Origin: Pseudomonadota bacterium
Lineage (GTDB): Bacteria > Pseudomonadota > Gammaproteobacteria > Steroidobacterales > Steroidobacteraceae
NCBI GenBank assembly: GCA_947459825.1
Contig: CANHFH010000002.1
Location: 17,150 to 81,149 of the forward strand
Length of the DNA: 64,000 nucleotides
Direction of reading: 5' to 3'
Shown here: positions 1 to 10,239 of the stretch, in pieces
Layout: the number at the start of each line of letters is the position of its first letter
Position numbering within the stretch: the first letter of the stretch is position 1
The notes under the pieces: generated by a model
The model's input: only the letters and a program-made list of their open reading frames with translations
What the model was told of the DNA's origin: nothing
Databases searched by the model: none
Position numbers and translations under genes: made by a program

Positions 1-879
<879 letters not shown>

Positions 880-904
880 GCGCGCGTCTCCTTGAGCGGT
901 GCGT

Positions 905-2521
905 TCAGGCGGTGCGTGAGGCGAACCAGTCTGCCACGGCCCGTGCGGCATCGGGCGACAGGTGCAGGCCGAGTTTGCTGCGGCGCCAGAGCACATCCTC
1001 GGCGCTGCGCGCCCACTCGACCTCGGCGAGGTAGGCGAGCTCGCGCGCGTACAGGCCGGGCGCGACCTCGGCACCGAGGTCGGCGAGGGCACGGGCATCG
1101 CCCAGCAGGCGCTGAACGCGGCTGCCGTAGGCGCGGGCGTAGCGCAGCGCGAGCGGCGCCGGCAGCCAAGGCCGCTCGGCACCGAGGCGCGCGACGAAGG
1201 CCGCGAATTCGTCCTCGGCCCGGCCGGTGCAGAGGCGTCCGCCGCCCGCCAGATCGCCCCCGGGCAGCGGCGCGCCGCCGGTCCAGGACGGCGCGCGACA
1301 GCCGAGCAGCGGGGCGAGCTTCGTCACGGCTTCCTGCGCCAGCGTGCGGTAGGTGGTGATCTTGCCGCCGAACACGCTCAACAGCGGCGCGGGCGCCGTG
1401 TCCATGACGAGCGCATAGTCGCGCGATACGGCGCGTGCGTCGCTGGTCTCGTCCTCGAGCAGCGGTCGTACGCCGGAATAGGTCCACACGACATCGGCCG
1501 GCGCCAAGGCCCTCCGGAAGTAGCGCCTGGCCTCGCGGCAAAGATATGCGACCTCATCGGCGTCGATGCGCGGCGCGGCGGGGTCCGCGTGGTGCTCCAC
1601 ATCCGTGGTGCCGATCAGCGTGAAGTCCGTCTCGTAGGGGATCGCGAACACGATACGGCGGTCGCTGGCCTGGAAGATGTAGGCGTACGGGTGGTCGAAG
1701 AGCTTGGGGACGACGATGTGGCTGCCCTTGACGAGCCGCAGACCGTGGCGCGCCGGACCCGGCGTGGCGAGATCGTGCAGCTGCGCGGCCCACGGCCCTG
1801 CGGCGTTGACGACGGCGCGGGCGCGCAGTGTCGTCGCCGTGGTGCCATCGGTGGCCGTCGCGTCCGTCGTCGATGTCGTCGTCGGCTGCAGCGTGGCGCG
1901 CCAGCCGCCGGCGCCGTCCGGCTCGAGCGCGCTGCAGCGCATGCGGGTGGCGATGGTGGCGCCGCGTTCGGCGGCGTCGAGGGCGTTGAGCACCACGAGC
2001 CTTGCATCGTCGACCCAGCCGTCCGAGTACTCGAAGCCGCGCGGGATCCCTTCGCGCAGCGGCGCGCCGGCCGGGTGCCGTCGCAGGTCGATGCCCTGCG
2101 AGCCCGGCAGATGCCGCCGACGGGCGAGGTGGTCGTACAGGAAGAGGCCGGCACGGATCATCCAGGCCGGGCGCAGCGAGGCGTCATGCGGCATCACGAA
2201 GCGCAGCGGCCACATGATGTGGGGCGCGATGCCGAGCAGCGTCTCGCGCTCGGCGAGCGCCTTGCGCACCAGGCCGAACTGCATGAACTCGAGGTAGCGC
2301 AGGCCGCCGTGGATCAGCTTGGTGCTGGCCGAGGAGGTGTGCGAGGCGAGGTCGTGCTGCTCGACGAGCACCACGCGCAGGCCGCGGCCCGCCGCGTCGC
2401 GCGCGATGCCGGCGCCGTTGACGCCGCCGCCGACGACCAGCAGGTCGCAGTCGGTCGGCAGCGCGGTGCTTGCGCGCTGCGCAGGTGCTGCGCTCTGAGG
2501 CCCGGGGTCGGCGCCGCTCAT
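905..2521 (-). CDS. glpD: aerobic glycerol-3-phosphate dehydrogenase (FAD)
   Basis: ORF 905..2602, with the start taken at the internal ATG 2521 (MSGADPG...) behind GAGG. It has the FAD fold motif [22 protein letters not shown] and GlpD-like [13 protein letters not shown]. Confidence 0.9.
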   Translation of the reverse strand: MSGADPGPQSAAPAQRASTALPTDCDLLVVGGGVNGAGIARDAAGRGLRVVLVEQHDLASHTSSASTKLIHGGLRYLEFMQFGLVRKALAERETLLGIAPHIMWPLRFVMPHDASLRPAWMIRAGLFLYDHLARRRHLPGSQGIDLRRHPAGAPLREGIPRGFEYSDGWVDDARLVVLNALDAAERGATIATRMRCSALEPDGAGGWRATLQPTTTSTTDATATDGTTATTLRARAVVNAAGPWAAQLHDLATPGPARHGLRLVKGSHIVVPKLFDHPYAYIFQASDRRIVFAIPYETDFTLIGTTDVEHHADPAAPRIDADEVAYLCREARRYFRRALAPADVVWTYSGVRPLLEDETSDARAVSRDYALVMDTAPAPLLSVFGGKITTYRTLAQEAVTKLAPLLGCRAPSWTGGAPLPGGDLAGGGRLCTGRAEDEFAAFVARLGAERPWLPAPLALRYARAYGSRVQRLLGDARALADLGAEVAPGLYARELAYLAEVEWARSAEDVLWRRSKLGLHLSPDAARAVADWFASRTA

Positions 2522-2528
2522 CTCGACC

Positions 2529-3455
2529 TCAATCCTTGAGGTGCCGCAGCACGGCCTCGAGCGTGACGCGGCTGACGCGGACGTTGGACTCGTCGGTGAC
2601 ACCGGCGATGTGCGGCGTCAGGAGCAGGTTCGGCACGCCGGCGAACAGCGCGCCCTGCGCGGCGTCGAGCGGCTCCTGCGCGAACACATCGAGCGCGGCG
2701 CCGCCGAGGTGTCCGCTGCGCAGCGCGGCGGCGAGCGCGGCCTCGTCCACCACACCGCCGCGGGCCGCGTTGAGGAGGATGCTGCCGCGGCGCATCGCGG
2801 CGATGCGCGCGGCGTCGAAGAGGCCACGGGTCTCGTCCGTCAGCGGCACATGGAGGCTCACGACATCGCTGCGCTGCACGAGCTCATCGAGGGTGACGCG
2901 CTCGGCGAGCTTCCACGCCGGATGGTCGGCGGGCAACAGCGGGTCGGCGGCGCAGATGCGCAGGCCGAGCGCCGCGGCGCGGGTGGCGGTCTCGCGTGCG
3001 ATGCCGCCCAAACCCACGAGGCCGAGCGTCTTGCCCGAGGCCTCGCGGCCGATGGTGCTCATGCGCGGCCACGCGCCGGCGATGACCTGCGGTGTCGCGG
3101 ACCACGCGCCGCGCAGCAGCACCAGCATCGCGGTGATCGCCCACTCGGCGACCGCGACATCGTTGGCGCCGGTGGCGGGGCAGACGGCGATGCCGCGCGC
3201 CTTGCAGGTCTCCACATCGATGTTGTCGAGGCCGACGCCGAGGCGTCCGACCACGCGCAGCTTGGGGGCGGCCTCGAGCAGCGCGCCGCGCACCTGCGTG
3301 CGGTTGCGGACGACGAGCGCGCGCGCATCGGCTAGCGCGGCGATGAGATCGGCCGGATGGTCGACGAGCTTGGCATCGTAGAGCACATCACGCCCGGGCA
3401 GCAGCTCGCGGATCGCGGCCTCGTCCATGAATTCGCTGATGACGATGTCGGCCAT
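2529..3455 (-). CDS. D-isomer-specific 2-hydroxyacid dehydrogenase (candidate SlcC-like sulfolactate dehydrogenase)
   Basis: 308 aa with the NAD motif GLVGLGGIARETA and catalytic-region motifs LLNAARGGVVDE and LLTPHIAG. It starts 9 nt after the upstream stop and ends 7 nt before the glpD start. Confidence 0.85.
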   Translation of the reverse strand: MADIVISEFMDEAAIRELLPGRDVLYDAKLVDHPADLIAALADARALVVRNRTQVRGALLEAAPKLRVVGRLGVGLDNIDVETCKARGIAVCPATGANDVAVAEWAITAMLVLLRGAWSATPQVIAGAWPRMSTIGREASGKTLGLVGLGGIARETATRAAALGLRICAADPLLPADHPAWKLAERVTLDELVQRSDVVSLHVPLTDETRGLFDAARIAAMRRGSILLNAARGGVVDEAALAAALRSGHLGGAALDVFAQEPLDAAQGALFAGVPNLLLTPHIAGVTDESNVRVSRVTLEAVLRHLKD

Positions 3456-3464
3456 GGCGGTCCC

Positions 3465-4490
3465 TCAGGCGATGAGCGCGCGGATCTCGGCGAGCAGCGC
3501 CGGCGGTACGGTGAGACCCTCGCTGCGCGCGCGGGCGCGGGCGGCGAGCCGGCGCGAGCCGGGCAGGCGCACCTCGGGTTCCTCGGCCATCGCGGCGGCG
3601 AGCGTCGCCATGCGCGCGCCGAACGCGCCGCCCGCGACCGGGCCGGGATCGATGGCGATGAAGAGGTGCCCCATGTCGGGCGGTGCGCCCTCGGCATCGA
3701 AGAAGGAGCTGGCCTCCCAGCCGAACGCGCCGGCGGTGAGCGCCGCGCCGAGGATCTCCACCATCAGGGCGAGCGCACCGCCTTTGGCGCCGCCGATGGG
3801 CGAGAGCGTGCCGGCGAGCGCGGCCGTGGGATCGGTGGTCGGTTGGCCGTCGCGGTCGACGGCCCAATCGGACGGGATCGCCTTGCCGGCTTTCTGCGCA
3901 GCGACGATCTTGCCGCGCGCCGCCACCGACAACGCGAGGTCGACCACGAGCGGCGCAGCGTCCGCGATCGGCGCTGCGAAGGCGAGCGGGTTGGTGCCGA
4001 GCATCGCGCGCTTGCCGCCGTAGAACGCCATCGCCTTCGGCGTGTTGCCGAAGACGAGCGCGACGAGGCCGGCTTCGGCGAGGCGCTCGGCATGCGCGCC
4101 CACCTGACCGAAGTGGTGCGAGCGATGGATGGCCGCGGCAGCGATGCCTTGCGAGCGGGCGAGCGGCACGAGCTCGGCGATCGCGAGGTCGATGGCGGGG
4201 TACGCGAAGCCTAGTCCTGCATCGACGCGCAGCACGCCGGGTGCGACGCGCGTCGACACCGGCACGGCGTCGCCTTTGACCTTGCCCGAGCGCGCCTGCG
4301 CGGCATAGGCCGGCACGCGCGCGAGGCCGTGCGCGGCCTGGCCATCGGCCTCCGCCACGACCAACGCGCGCGCCGTCGCGCGCGCGGCCGCTTCCGATGC
4401 GCCTTGGGCACGCAGCGCCGTCGCAGCGAGCACCTCGGCTTCGCCAAGCGTGAGGCGCGCCGCGGTGGGCGTCGGGCTGGATGCCGTCAC
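3465..4490 (-). CDS. Ldh_2 family malate/L-lactate/sulfolactate dehydrogenase (ComC-like)
   Basis: 341 aa with a GTG start. Typical Ldh_2 stretches are present: HGLARVPAY, HFGQ.G, GTNPLAFAAP, ARGKI, GGAKG. It is adjacent to the SuyAB-like pair. Confidence 0.8.
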   Translation of the reverse strand: MTASSPTPTAARLTLGEAEVLAATALRAQGASEAAARATARALVVAEADGQAAHGLARVPAYAAQARSGKVKGDAVPVSTRVAPGVLRVDAGLGFAYPAIDLAIAELVPLARSQGIAAAAIHRSHHFGQVGAHAERLAEAGLVALVFGNTPKAMAFYGGKRAMLGTNPLAFAAPIADAAPLVVDLALSVAARGKIVAAQKAGKAIPSDWAVDRDGQPTTDPTAALAGTLSPIGGAKGGALALMVEILGAALTAGAFGWEASSFFDAEGAPPDMGHLFIAIDPGPVAGGAFGARMATLAAAMAEEPEVRLPGSRRLAARARARSEGLTVPPALLAEIRALIA

Positions 4491-4518
4491 GGGAGGTCCT
4501 GCGCGTCGCGCGGCGCCG

Positions 4519-5694
4519 TCAGGCGCTGCGGTAGAGCTTGGTCATGACGAACTCGACATGACCCAGCGCCTCGGCGGCGGTGAGCCGGCCGTTCGCCGTC
4601 TGCTCGATGCAGTCGATGAGCGCGTCGCCCGCCTGGTCGATGGTCATCTCGCGGCGCACCACGCCCGATACGTCGACATCGACATGCTCGGGCATCAAGC
4701 GCACGGTGCGCGGATTACCGGTGACCTTGATCACCGGCATGATCGGGTTGCCGATGACATTGCCCTGGCCGGTCGGGAAGATGTGCACCACATAGCCCGC
4801 GGCGGCCTGCAGCGTGCAGCACTCGGCGGCGGCCGAGGAGGTGTCCATGAAGTAGAGGCCTTGGCCGCGCGCCGGCGCCTCGGCGGGCTCCAGCACATCG
4901 ATGAACTTCACCTTCTTGCCGATCTTCTCGAGGTTGCCGAGCGCTTTCTCTTCGATGGTGGTGAGGCCGCCGGCGATGTTGCCCTTGGTGGGCTGGCTCT
5001 CGGAGAGGTCGGAGGTCTTGTTCGCCTCGATGACATCGTCCTGATAAGCCTGCCAGGTCTTCATGAACTTCTCGCGCACCTCGGGCGTCGCGGCGCGTGC
5101 CGCGGCGAGGTGCTCGGCGCCCGTGAGCTCGGAGGTCTCGCCGAAGCAGCCGTAGAGACCGTGCGGGATCAGCTTGTCGTACATGTTGCCGACGGTGGGG
5201 CAGGAGGCGAGACCGGTGGTGGTGTCGCTCTCGCCGCACTTGGCTGCGACCCACAGCTCGCTGATGTCGCACTCGACGCGCACCTGGCCCGAGGTCTGGT
5301 GCACGAATTCTTTGGCCTTGCGCGACGCGGCGGCCACGGTGGCGATGTCGCCGTTGCCCTCGATCCAGAAGCCGGCGACCGGCTTGCCGGTCTTGGCGAT
5401 GCCGTCGACGATGCGCTGCGTCCAGCCCGGCTCGATGCCGATCACGATGCAGGCGGCGACGTTCGGGTTGGAGCCGGTGCCGATCATCGTGCGGAAGTGC
5501 AGGTCGAGGTCGGCGCCGAACTGCAGGCGCCCGTAGGCGTGCGGCAGCGCGATCGTGCCCTTGATGTTGTTGGCGACGGCCTCGCAGGCGGCGTTCGAGA
5601 TGTCGTCCACCGGCAGGATGGCGACATGGTTGCGGACGCCCACGCGGCCGTTCTCGCGGCGGAAGGCCCAGATCTTGCGGTTGTGATGGCTCAT
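4519..5694 (-). CDS. UxaA-family (altronate dehydratase C-terminal-like) large subunit; SuyB-like
   Basis: ORF 4519..5739, with the start taken at ATG 5694 ([28 protein letters not shown]...). The product is about 391 aa. It contains [21 protein letters not shown] and HIFPTGQGN, which are typical of the UxaA/GarD C-terminal domain. It starts 7 nt after the small-subunit stop. Confidence 0.8.
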   Translation of the reverse strand: MSHHNRKIWAFRRENGRVGVRNHVAILPVDDISNAACEAVANNIKGTIALPHAYGRLQFGADLDLHFRTMIGTGSNPNVAACIVIGIEPGWTQRIVDGIAKTGKPVAGFWIEGNGDIATVAAASRKAKEFVHQTSGQVRVECDISELWVAAKCGESDTTTGLASCPTVGNMYDKLIPHGLYGCFGETSELTGAEHLAAARAATPEVREKFMKTWQAYQDDVIEANKTSDLSESQPTKGNIAGGLTTIEEKALGNLEKIGKKVKFIDVLEPAEAPARGQGLYFMDTSSAAAECCTLQAAAGYVVHIFPTGQGNVIGNPIMPVIKVTGNPRTVRLMPEHVDVDVSGVVRREMTIDQAGDALIDCIEQTANGRLTAAEALGHVEFVMTKLYRSA

Positions 5695-5701
5695 GTGCGG
5701 C

Positions 5702-5989
5702 TTACCAACGCTTGGTCTTGAGGTTGTGGACATGGACATGCTCGCCCTTGGCGACCGGCGCGACGATGCGGCCGATGTCCTGTCCGTACTTGGTCACCGT
5801 GTCGCCGACCGCGAGGTCGACGAGCGCCACCTTGTGGCCGATCGGCACATCATGGCGGGCGGTGAGGCGGAAATCGGAATTGTCCTCGGTCACGACGCAG
5901 AGCATGTCGGTGCCGGCCTTGAGGCCTTCGACCACGACCACGCCGACGTTGTCCTTGCGATCGTGCACGAGCAGTTGGGGAACGCTCAC
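5702..5989 (-). CDS. SAF-domain small subunit of split UxaA-family enzyme; SuyA-like
   Basis: ORF 5702..6049. The start is taken at GTG 5989 ([18 protein letters not shown]...) with AGGAG about 8 nt upstream. The product is about 95 aa. The SAF-like stretch [16 protein letters not shown] is present. Confidence 0.7.
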   Translation of the reverse strand: MSVPQLLVHDRKDNVGVVVVEGLKAGTDMLCVVTEDNSDFRLTARHDVPIGHKVALVDLAVGDTVTKYGQDIGRIVAPVAKGEHVHVHNLKTKRW

Positions 5990-6025
5990 GGAATAGACTC
6001 CTGGGGTTCGCTTGCGGACTGCAAG

Positions 6026-6037
6026 TCTTATATAAGA
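6026..6037. promoter_or_regulatory. perfect 12-bp palindrome TCTTATATAAGA in the divergent promoter region (candidate GntR/HutC operator and/or -10 region)
   Basis: It lies in the 58-bp gap between the SuyA-like start (5989) and the gntR start (6048). It is an AT-only core in a very GC-rich context, with flanks AGTCTTATATAAGATACT. Confidence 0.4.
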
Positions 6038-6047
6038 TACTAAACAC

Positions 6048-6806
6048 ATGAGTACCCCCGCGGCAAGCCTCCCTGAGCTGCCTGCGGGCGGGGAGCCGCT
6101 GCGCTTCCGCCCGCTCTACGGCCAGGTCTACGAGTCGCTGCTCAAGCGCATCGCCGGCGGCGAGTGGCGCGCCGGCGAGGCGCTGCCGAGCGAGCAGGCG
6201 CTCGCCGCCCAGCTCGGGGTCAGCCAGGGCACCGTGCGCAAGGCGCTCGACGCGCTCGCGCTCGACAAGATGATCGACCGGCGGCAGGGCAAGGGCACCT
6301 TCGTGGCCGAGCTCACGCAGGAGCAGGCGCTGTTCCGCTTCTTCCGCCTCACCCGCGCCGACGGCGAGCGGGCCGTGCCCTCGAGCGCCGACGAGACCCT
6401 GAAGCTGCGACCGGCGCGCGCCGTCGAGCAGCGTGCGCTCGGGCTGGCGCCGGACGAGGAGGTCATCGAGATCCTCCGCACCCGCGTGCTCGACGGTCGT
6501 CCGACCATGGTCGAGCGCGTGGTGGTGCCCGCCGCGGTGTTCCCTGGGCTCGAGCGCCTCGCGCCGCTGCCGAACGCGCTCTATGCGCTCTACCAGCGGG
6601 AATACCGGATCAACATCGCCGCGGTCGACGAGCGGCTGCGTGCCGATGCCGCGCGCCGCGAGGATGTGCGGCGGCTCGGTGTGGTGCTCGGCGCGCCCTT
6701 GCTGCAGATAGAGCGCGTCGCGCGCACCGTCGAAGGGCGGGTGGTCGAATGGCGCCTCAGCCGCTGCGACACCACGCATCTCTCCTATGCGGTGACGCTG
6801 TCGTGA
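6048..6806 (+). CDS. GntR family transcriptional regulator, HutC/UTRA subtype
   Basis: 252 aa. The N-terminal wHTH reads LPSEQALAAQLGVSQGTVRKALDAL...G.GTFV, and the C-terminal effector domain is UTRA-like. Confidence 0.85.
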   Translation: MSTPAASLPELPAGGEPLRFRPLYGQVYESLLKRIAGGEWRAGEALPSEQALAAQLGVSQGTVRKALDALALDKMIDRRQGKGTFVAELTQEQALFRFFRLTRADGERAVPSSADETLKLRPARAVEQRALGLAPDEEVIEILRTRVLDGRPTMVERVVVPAAVFPGLERLAPLPNALYALYQREYRINIAAVDERLRADAARREDVRRLGVVLGAPLLQIERVARTVEGRVVEWRLSRCDTTHLSYAVTLS

Positions 6807-7762
6807 CGGCGGCCGTCGATATCGGCGTCGCCGCCAAGACGGTGCTGTGTGTCGGTCATGCCGTGCAGGACCATGTCTACCGGCTGTCGCGACTGCCGGT
6901 CGGCGGCTCGAAGAACCGCGCCACGGGTTTCACCAGCGTCGGCGGCGGCCCGGCGGCGACGGCCGCGGTGGCCATCGCGCGCCTCGGCGGCCGCGCGCGA
7001 CTCGCGGCTCGCGTCGGCGACGATGCGGTGGCCGACGAGATCGAGCGCGAGCTCCGCGGCCACGGCGTCGATTGCGCGCAGCTGCGCCGCTTCGCGGGGC
7101 GTGCGTCCTCGCGTTCGGCGGTGGTGGTCGACGATCCCGGCGAGCGCATGATCGTCAACCACACCGACCCCGCGATGCCCGCCGACCCGGCCTGGCTCGC
7201 GCAGATCGACCTCACGGGCGTCGATGCGGTGCTCGCCGATGTGCGCTGGCCGGAGGGCGCTGCGCTGATGCTGGCCCGCGCCCGCGCTGCGGCGCTGCCC
7301 GCGGTGCTCGACGCCGATGTGCCGCTGCCGCCCGGCTCGCCGTTGCCGCGGGCGGCGACGCATGTCGCGTTCTCGCTGCCGGGCCTGCGCGACCATCTCG
7401 GGCTCGCGGCGGACACGCCGCTCGATGCGGGCGCCTGTGCGGCGGCTCTGCAGCGCATCGCGCGCGAGACCGGCGCATGGTGCGCGGTGACCATGGGCGC
7501 GGAGGGCGTGCTGCACGGCCGCGCCGGCGCGATCGTGCATTCGCCCGCGTTCCGCGTGACGGCGGTCGACACGCTCGGCGCCGGCGATGTCTGGCACGGC
7601 GCGTTCGCGCTGGCGCTGGCGGAAGGCCTCGACGAGACCGCCGCGGTGCGCGCGGCCTCGGCCGCCGCCGCGATAAAGGTGACGCGCCCGGGTGGGCGTG
7701 CGGGCGCGCCGACGCGCGCGGAACGCGATGCGCTGCTGTCGTCGACGGCAGGCGGCGCCTGA
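6803..7762 (+). CDS. PfkB-family sugar(-phosphate) kinase (YihV-like by context)
   Basis: The frame is that of ORF 6164..7762. The start is taken at GTG 6803, which overlaps the gntR stop (GTGA). Motifs present: GGGPAATAAVAIARLG, ADVRW, DTLGAGDVWHGAF (PfkB signature) and TRPGGRAG. Confidence 0.85.
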   Translation: MTAAVDIGVAAKTVLCVGHAVQDHVYRLSRLPVGGSKNRATGFTSVGGGPAATAAVAIARLGGRARLAARVGDDAVADEIERELRGHGVDCAQLRRFAGRASSRSAVVVDDPGERMIVNHTDPAMPADPAWLAQIDLTGVDAVLADVRWPEGAALMLARARAAALPAVLDADVPLPPGSPLPRAATHVAFSLPGLRDHLGLAADTPLDAGACAAALQRIARETGAWCAVTMGAEGVLHGRAGAIVHSPAFRVTAVDTLGAGDVWHGAFALALAEGLDETAAVRAASAAAAIKVTRPGGRAGAPTRAERDALLSSTAGGA

Positions 7763-7775
7763 AGGAGGACGAGGC

Positions 7776-8822
7776 TTGGACCTTTCAGCTGGGAAATACC
7801 GGGGTATGCGTCGCATGGCGGACGCCGCCGGGCGCTTCAAGATGACGGCGGTCGACCAAAGGCCGCCGATCAAGAACCCGATCCGCGAGAAGCGCGGCAC
7901 GGCGGAGGCGCCGTGGGAGGATGTCGCGGGGTTCAAGGAGATGCTCATCCGCGAGCTGCAGGCGGAGTCGTCGGCGATGCTGCTCGACCCGCACTACGCG
8001 TATCCGCGCGGCGTCACGATGCTCGACGCCTCGCGCGGCATGATCCTCACGCTCGAGGACTCGATCTTCAAAGAAACCCCGGGCGGTCGCCTGTCGTCCG
8101 AGATCGACGATTGGTCGGTGGAGAAGATCAAGCGCGCGGGCGGCGATGCCGTGAAGGTGCTGGCCTGGTACCGGCCGGACGCCGACCCCGCGGTCTGCCG
8201 TGCCCAGCAGGATTTCACGCAGCGCATCGGCGAGGCCTGCAAGCGCTACGACATCCCGTTCGTGTTCGAGCTGCTGGTCTATCCGCTCGCTTCGGATGCG
8301 GCGCAGACCCGCGACTACATCGAGATGCAGGGCAAGCATCCGGAGTTCGTCGTCGAGAGCGTGCGCACCTTCGCCGACCCGCGTTTCGGCGTCGACCTCT
8401 TCAAGCTCGAGAGCCCGGTGCCCGCGGCGCAGGTGCCCGGCGTCGGCGAGCCCGGCTGGGAGGACGCGCAGCGCTGGTTCGACGCCGTCGGTGCGGCCGC
8501 CGGTCGGCCGTGGGTGATGCTGTCGGCGGGCGCCGGCATGACCGAGTTCCGTCGCGTGCTCACGCACGCCTACCGCGCAGGGGCTTCGGGCTATCTCGCG
8601 GGCCGCGCCATCTGGGCGCGGGCGTTCACGCAGTTCCCCGATTGGGATGCGATCCGTGACGGTCTGCGGGGCGAGGCGCGGGAATACATGCGCGGCCTGA
8701 ACGCGCTCACGGATGCCTCGGCGACACCCTGGCACACCCACGCCTGCTACGGTGCGCAAGGTGCGCGCGTGACGCCGGCGGATGCGACCTTCCGCCATGT
8801 TTACCCCGGGTTCGGGTCTTGA
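7776..8822 (+). CDS. class I aldolase of the LacD/YihT (tagatose-bisphosphate aldolase-like) family
   Basis: The frame is that of ORF 7692..8822. The start is taken at TTG 7776, 6 nt after AGGAGGA (7763-7769). Family motifs present: FKMTAVDQR, DLFKLE (candidate Schiff-base Lys), PWVMLSAG, GASGYLAGRAIWA. Confidence 0.8.
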   Translation: MDLSAGKYRGMRRMADAAGRFKMTAVDQRPPIKNPIREKRGTAEAPWEDVAGFKEMLIRELQAESSAMLLDPHYAYPRGVTMLDASRGMILTLEDSIFKETPGGRLSSEIDDWSVEKIKRAGGDAVKVLAWYRPDADPAVCRAQQDFTQRIGEACKRYDIPFVFELLVYPLASDAAQTRDYIEMQGKHPEFVVESVRTFADPRFGVDLFKLESPVPAAQVPGVGEPGWEDAQRWFDAVGAAAGRPWVMLSAGAGMTEFRRVLTHAYRAGASGYLAGRAIWARAFTQFPDWDAIRDGLRGEAREYMRGLNALTDASATPWHTHACYGAQGARVTPADATFRHVYPGFGS

Positions 8823-8835
8823 GGAGGACGATGAC

Positions 8836-10239
8836 ATGCTGACCTATGGCGTGGCGGTGCTCGCCCGACCGACCTTCGATGTGCCCTTCGCGGAAGCGAC
8901 CAAGGAGCGTGCGTTCGCGGCGCTCGAGGCGGCCGGCATCCGCACGGTGGGGCCGCGCGGTCTGCTGTTCGACCGTGCTGCCGCCGAGCAGGCGGTCGCG
9001 GAGATCGCCGCCGCCGGACCCATCGACCTGCTGCTGATCCTGCAGGTCACCTTCACGGACGCCACCATGACGGTGAAGCTCGCGCGCGAGGCCAAGGTGC
9101 CGCTCGCGGTCTGGGCGCTGCCCGAGCCGCGCATCGGCGGTCGTCTGCGCTTGAACGCCTACTGCGGACTCAACCTCGCGGCGCATGCGCTCGGTCGCGC
9201 GGCTGTGCCGCACGGCTCGCTGTACGCGGATCCCGACGCGCCCGGCATCGGCGAGAGCCTGCGTGCGCTCGCGCGGGTGCACGCGATCCCGGCGTCGGTG
9301 GCGCAGCCGCCGGCCGCGGCGGTCGCCGCGGCGGACGCCGCCGCCGCCCGCGTGCTCGGCACGCTGGCCGATTCAAAGATAACGGTCGTGGGCCGTCATC
9401 CGGACGGCTTCGACACCTGCGAATACGATCCGGCGCTGCTCGCTCGGCTCACCGGTATGAGCGTCGAGCAGGTGGAGCTGCCCGATCTCTTCGCGCGGGC
9501 GCGCGCCACCGACCCGGCACGGGTCGCCGCGGTGCGCGAGCGCGTCGAGGCGCAGGTGGCGGGCGTGGCCGAGGTCGATGCCGAGCAGCTCGACCGCTCG
9601 TTCCGCGTGTTCTGCGCGTTGGAAGATGTGCAGCGCGATACGGGCGCGAAGGGCCTCGCGGTGCGCTGCTGGCCCGAGATGTTCACCGAATACGGCTGCG
9701 CGGCCTGCGGGCCGATGGCCATGATGAACCAGAAGAAGGTGCCCTCGGCCTGCGAGGCCGATGTCAACGGCTCGATGACGCAGCTCATCCTCCAGGAACT
9801 CGCGGGCGAGCCCGCATGGATGGCCGATCTCGTCGACATCACCGCCGCCGACGACACCGCCGTGCTGTGGCACTGCGGGCTCGCGCCGCTCTCCATGTGC
9901 GACCCCGAGTTCAAGCCCGAGGCCACCATCCACACCAACCGCCGCATGCCGCTGCTGCACCAGTTCCCGATCAAGCCGGGCCGCATCACGCTGGCGCGCA
10001 TCTCGCGCTCGCGCAACGCGCTCAAGCTCGTGATCGCGGGCGCGGAGGTGTTGCGTGCGCCGATGGCCTTCACCGGCTGCTCGGGCACGGTGCGCTTCGA
10101 CCGCCCGGCGGGCGAGGTGAGCCAGCGCATCCTCGACGAGGCGTTGGAGCACCACTTCGCGCTCGCCTACGGCGACCACCGCGAGGCGCTGCGCGCGTTG
10201 GCGCAGCGCTGGCAGATCCCGGTGCTCGAGCTCGCGTGA
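8836..10239 (+). CDS. L-fucose/L-arabinose isomerase-family protein (uncharacterised subgroup)
   Basis: ATG 8836 follows GAGGAGGA (8821-8828). The product is 467 aa. FucI/AraA-like stretches are present: SACEADVNGSMTQ, VLWHCG, EHHFALAYGDH. Confidence 0.7.
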   Translation: MLTYGVAVLARPTFDVPFAEATKERAFAALEAAGIRTVGPRGLLFDRAAAEQAVAEIAAAGPIDLLLILQVTFTDATMTVKLAREAKVPLAVWALPEPRIGGRLRLNAYCGLNLAAHALGRAAVPHGSLYADPDAPGIGESLRALARVHAIPASVAQPPAAAVAAADAAAARVLGTLADSKITVVGRHPDGFDTCEYDPALLARLTGMSVEQVELPDLFARARATDPARVAAVRERVEAQVAGVAEVDAEQLDRSFRVFCALEDVQRDTGAKGLAVRCWPEMFTEYGCAACGPMAMMNQKKVPSACEADVNGSMTQLILQELAGEPAWMADLVDITAADDTAVLWHCGLAPLSMCDPEFKPEATIHTNRRMPLLHQFPIKPGRITLARISRSRNALKLVIAGAEVLRAPMAFTGCSGTVRFDRPAGEVSQRILDEALEHHFALAYGDHREALRALAQRWQIPVLELA

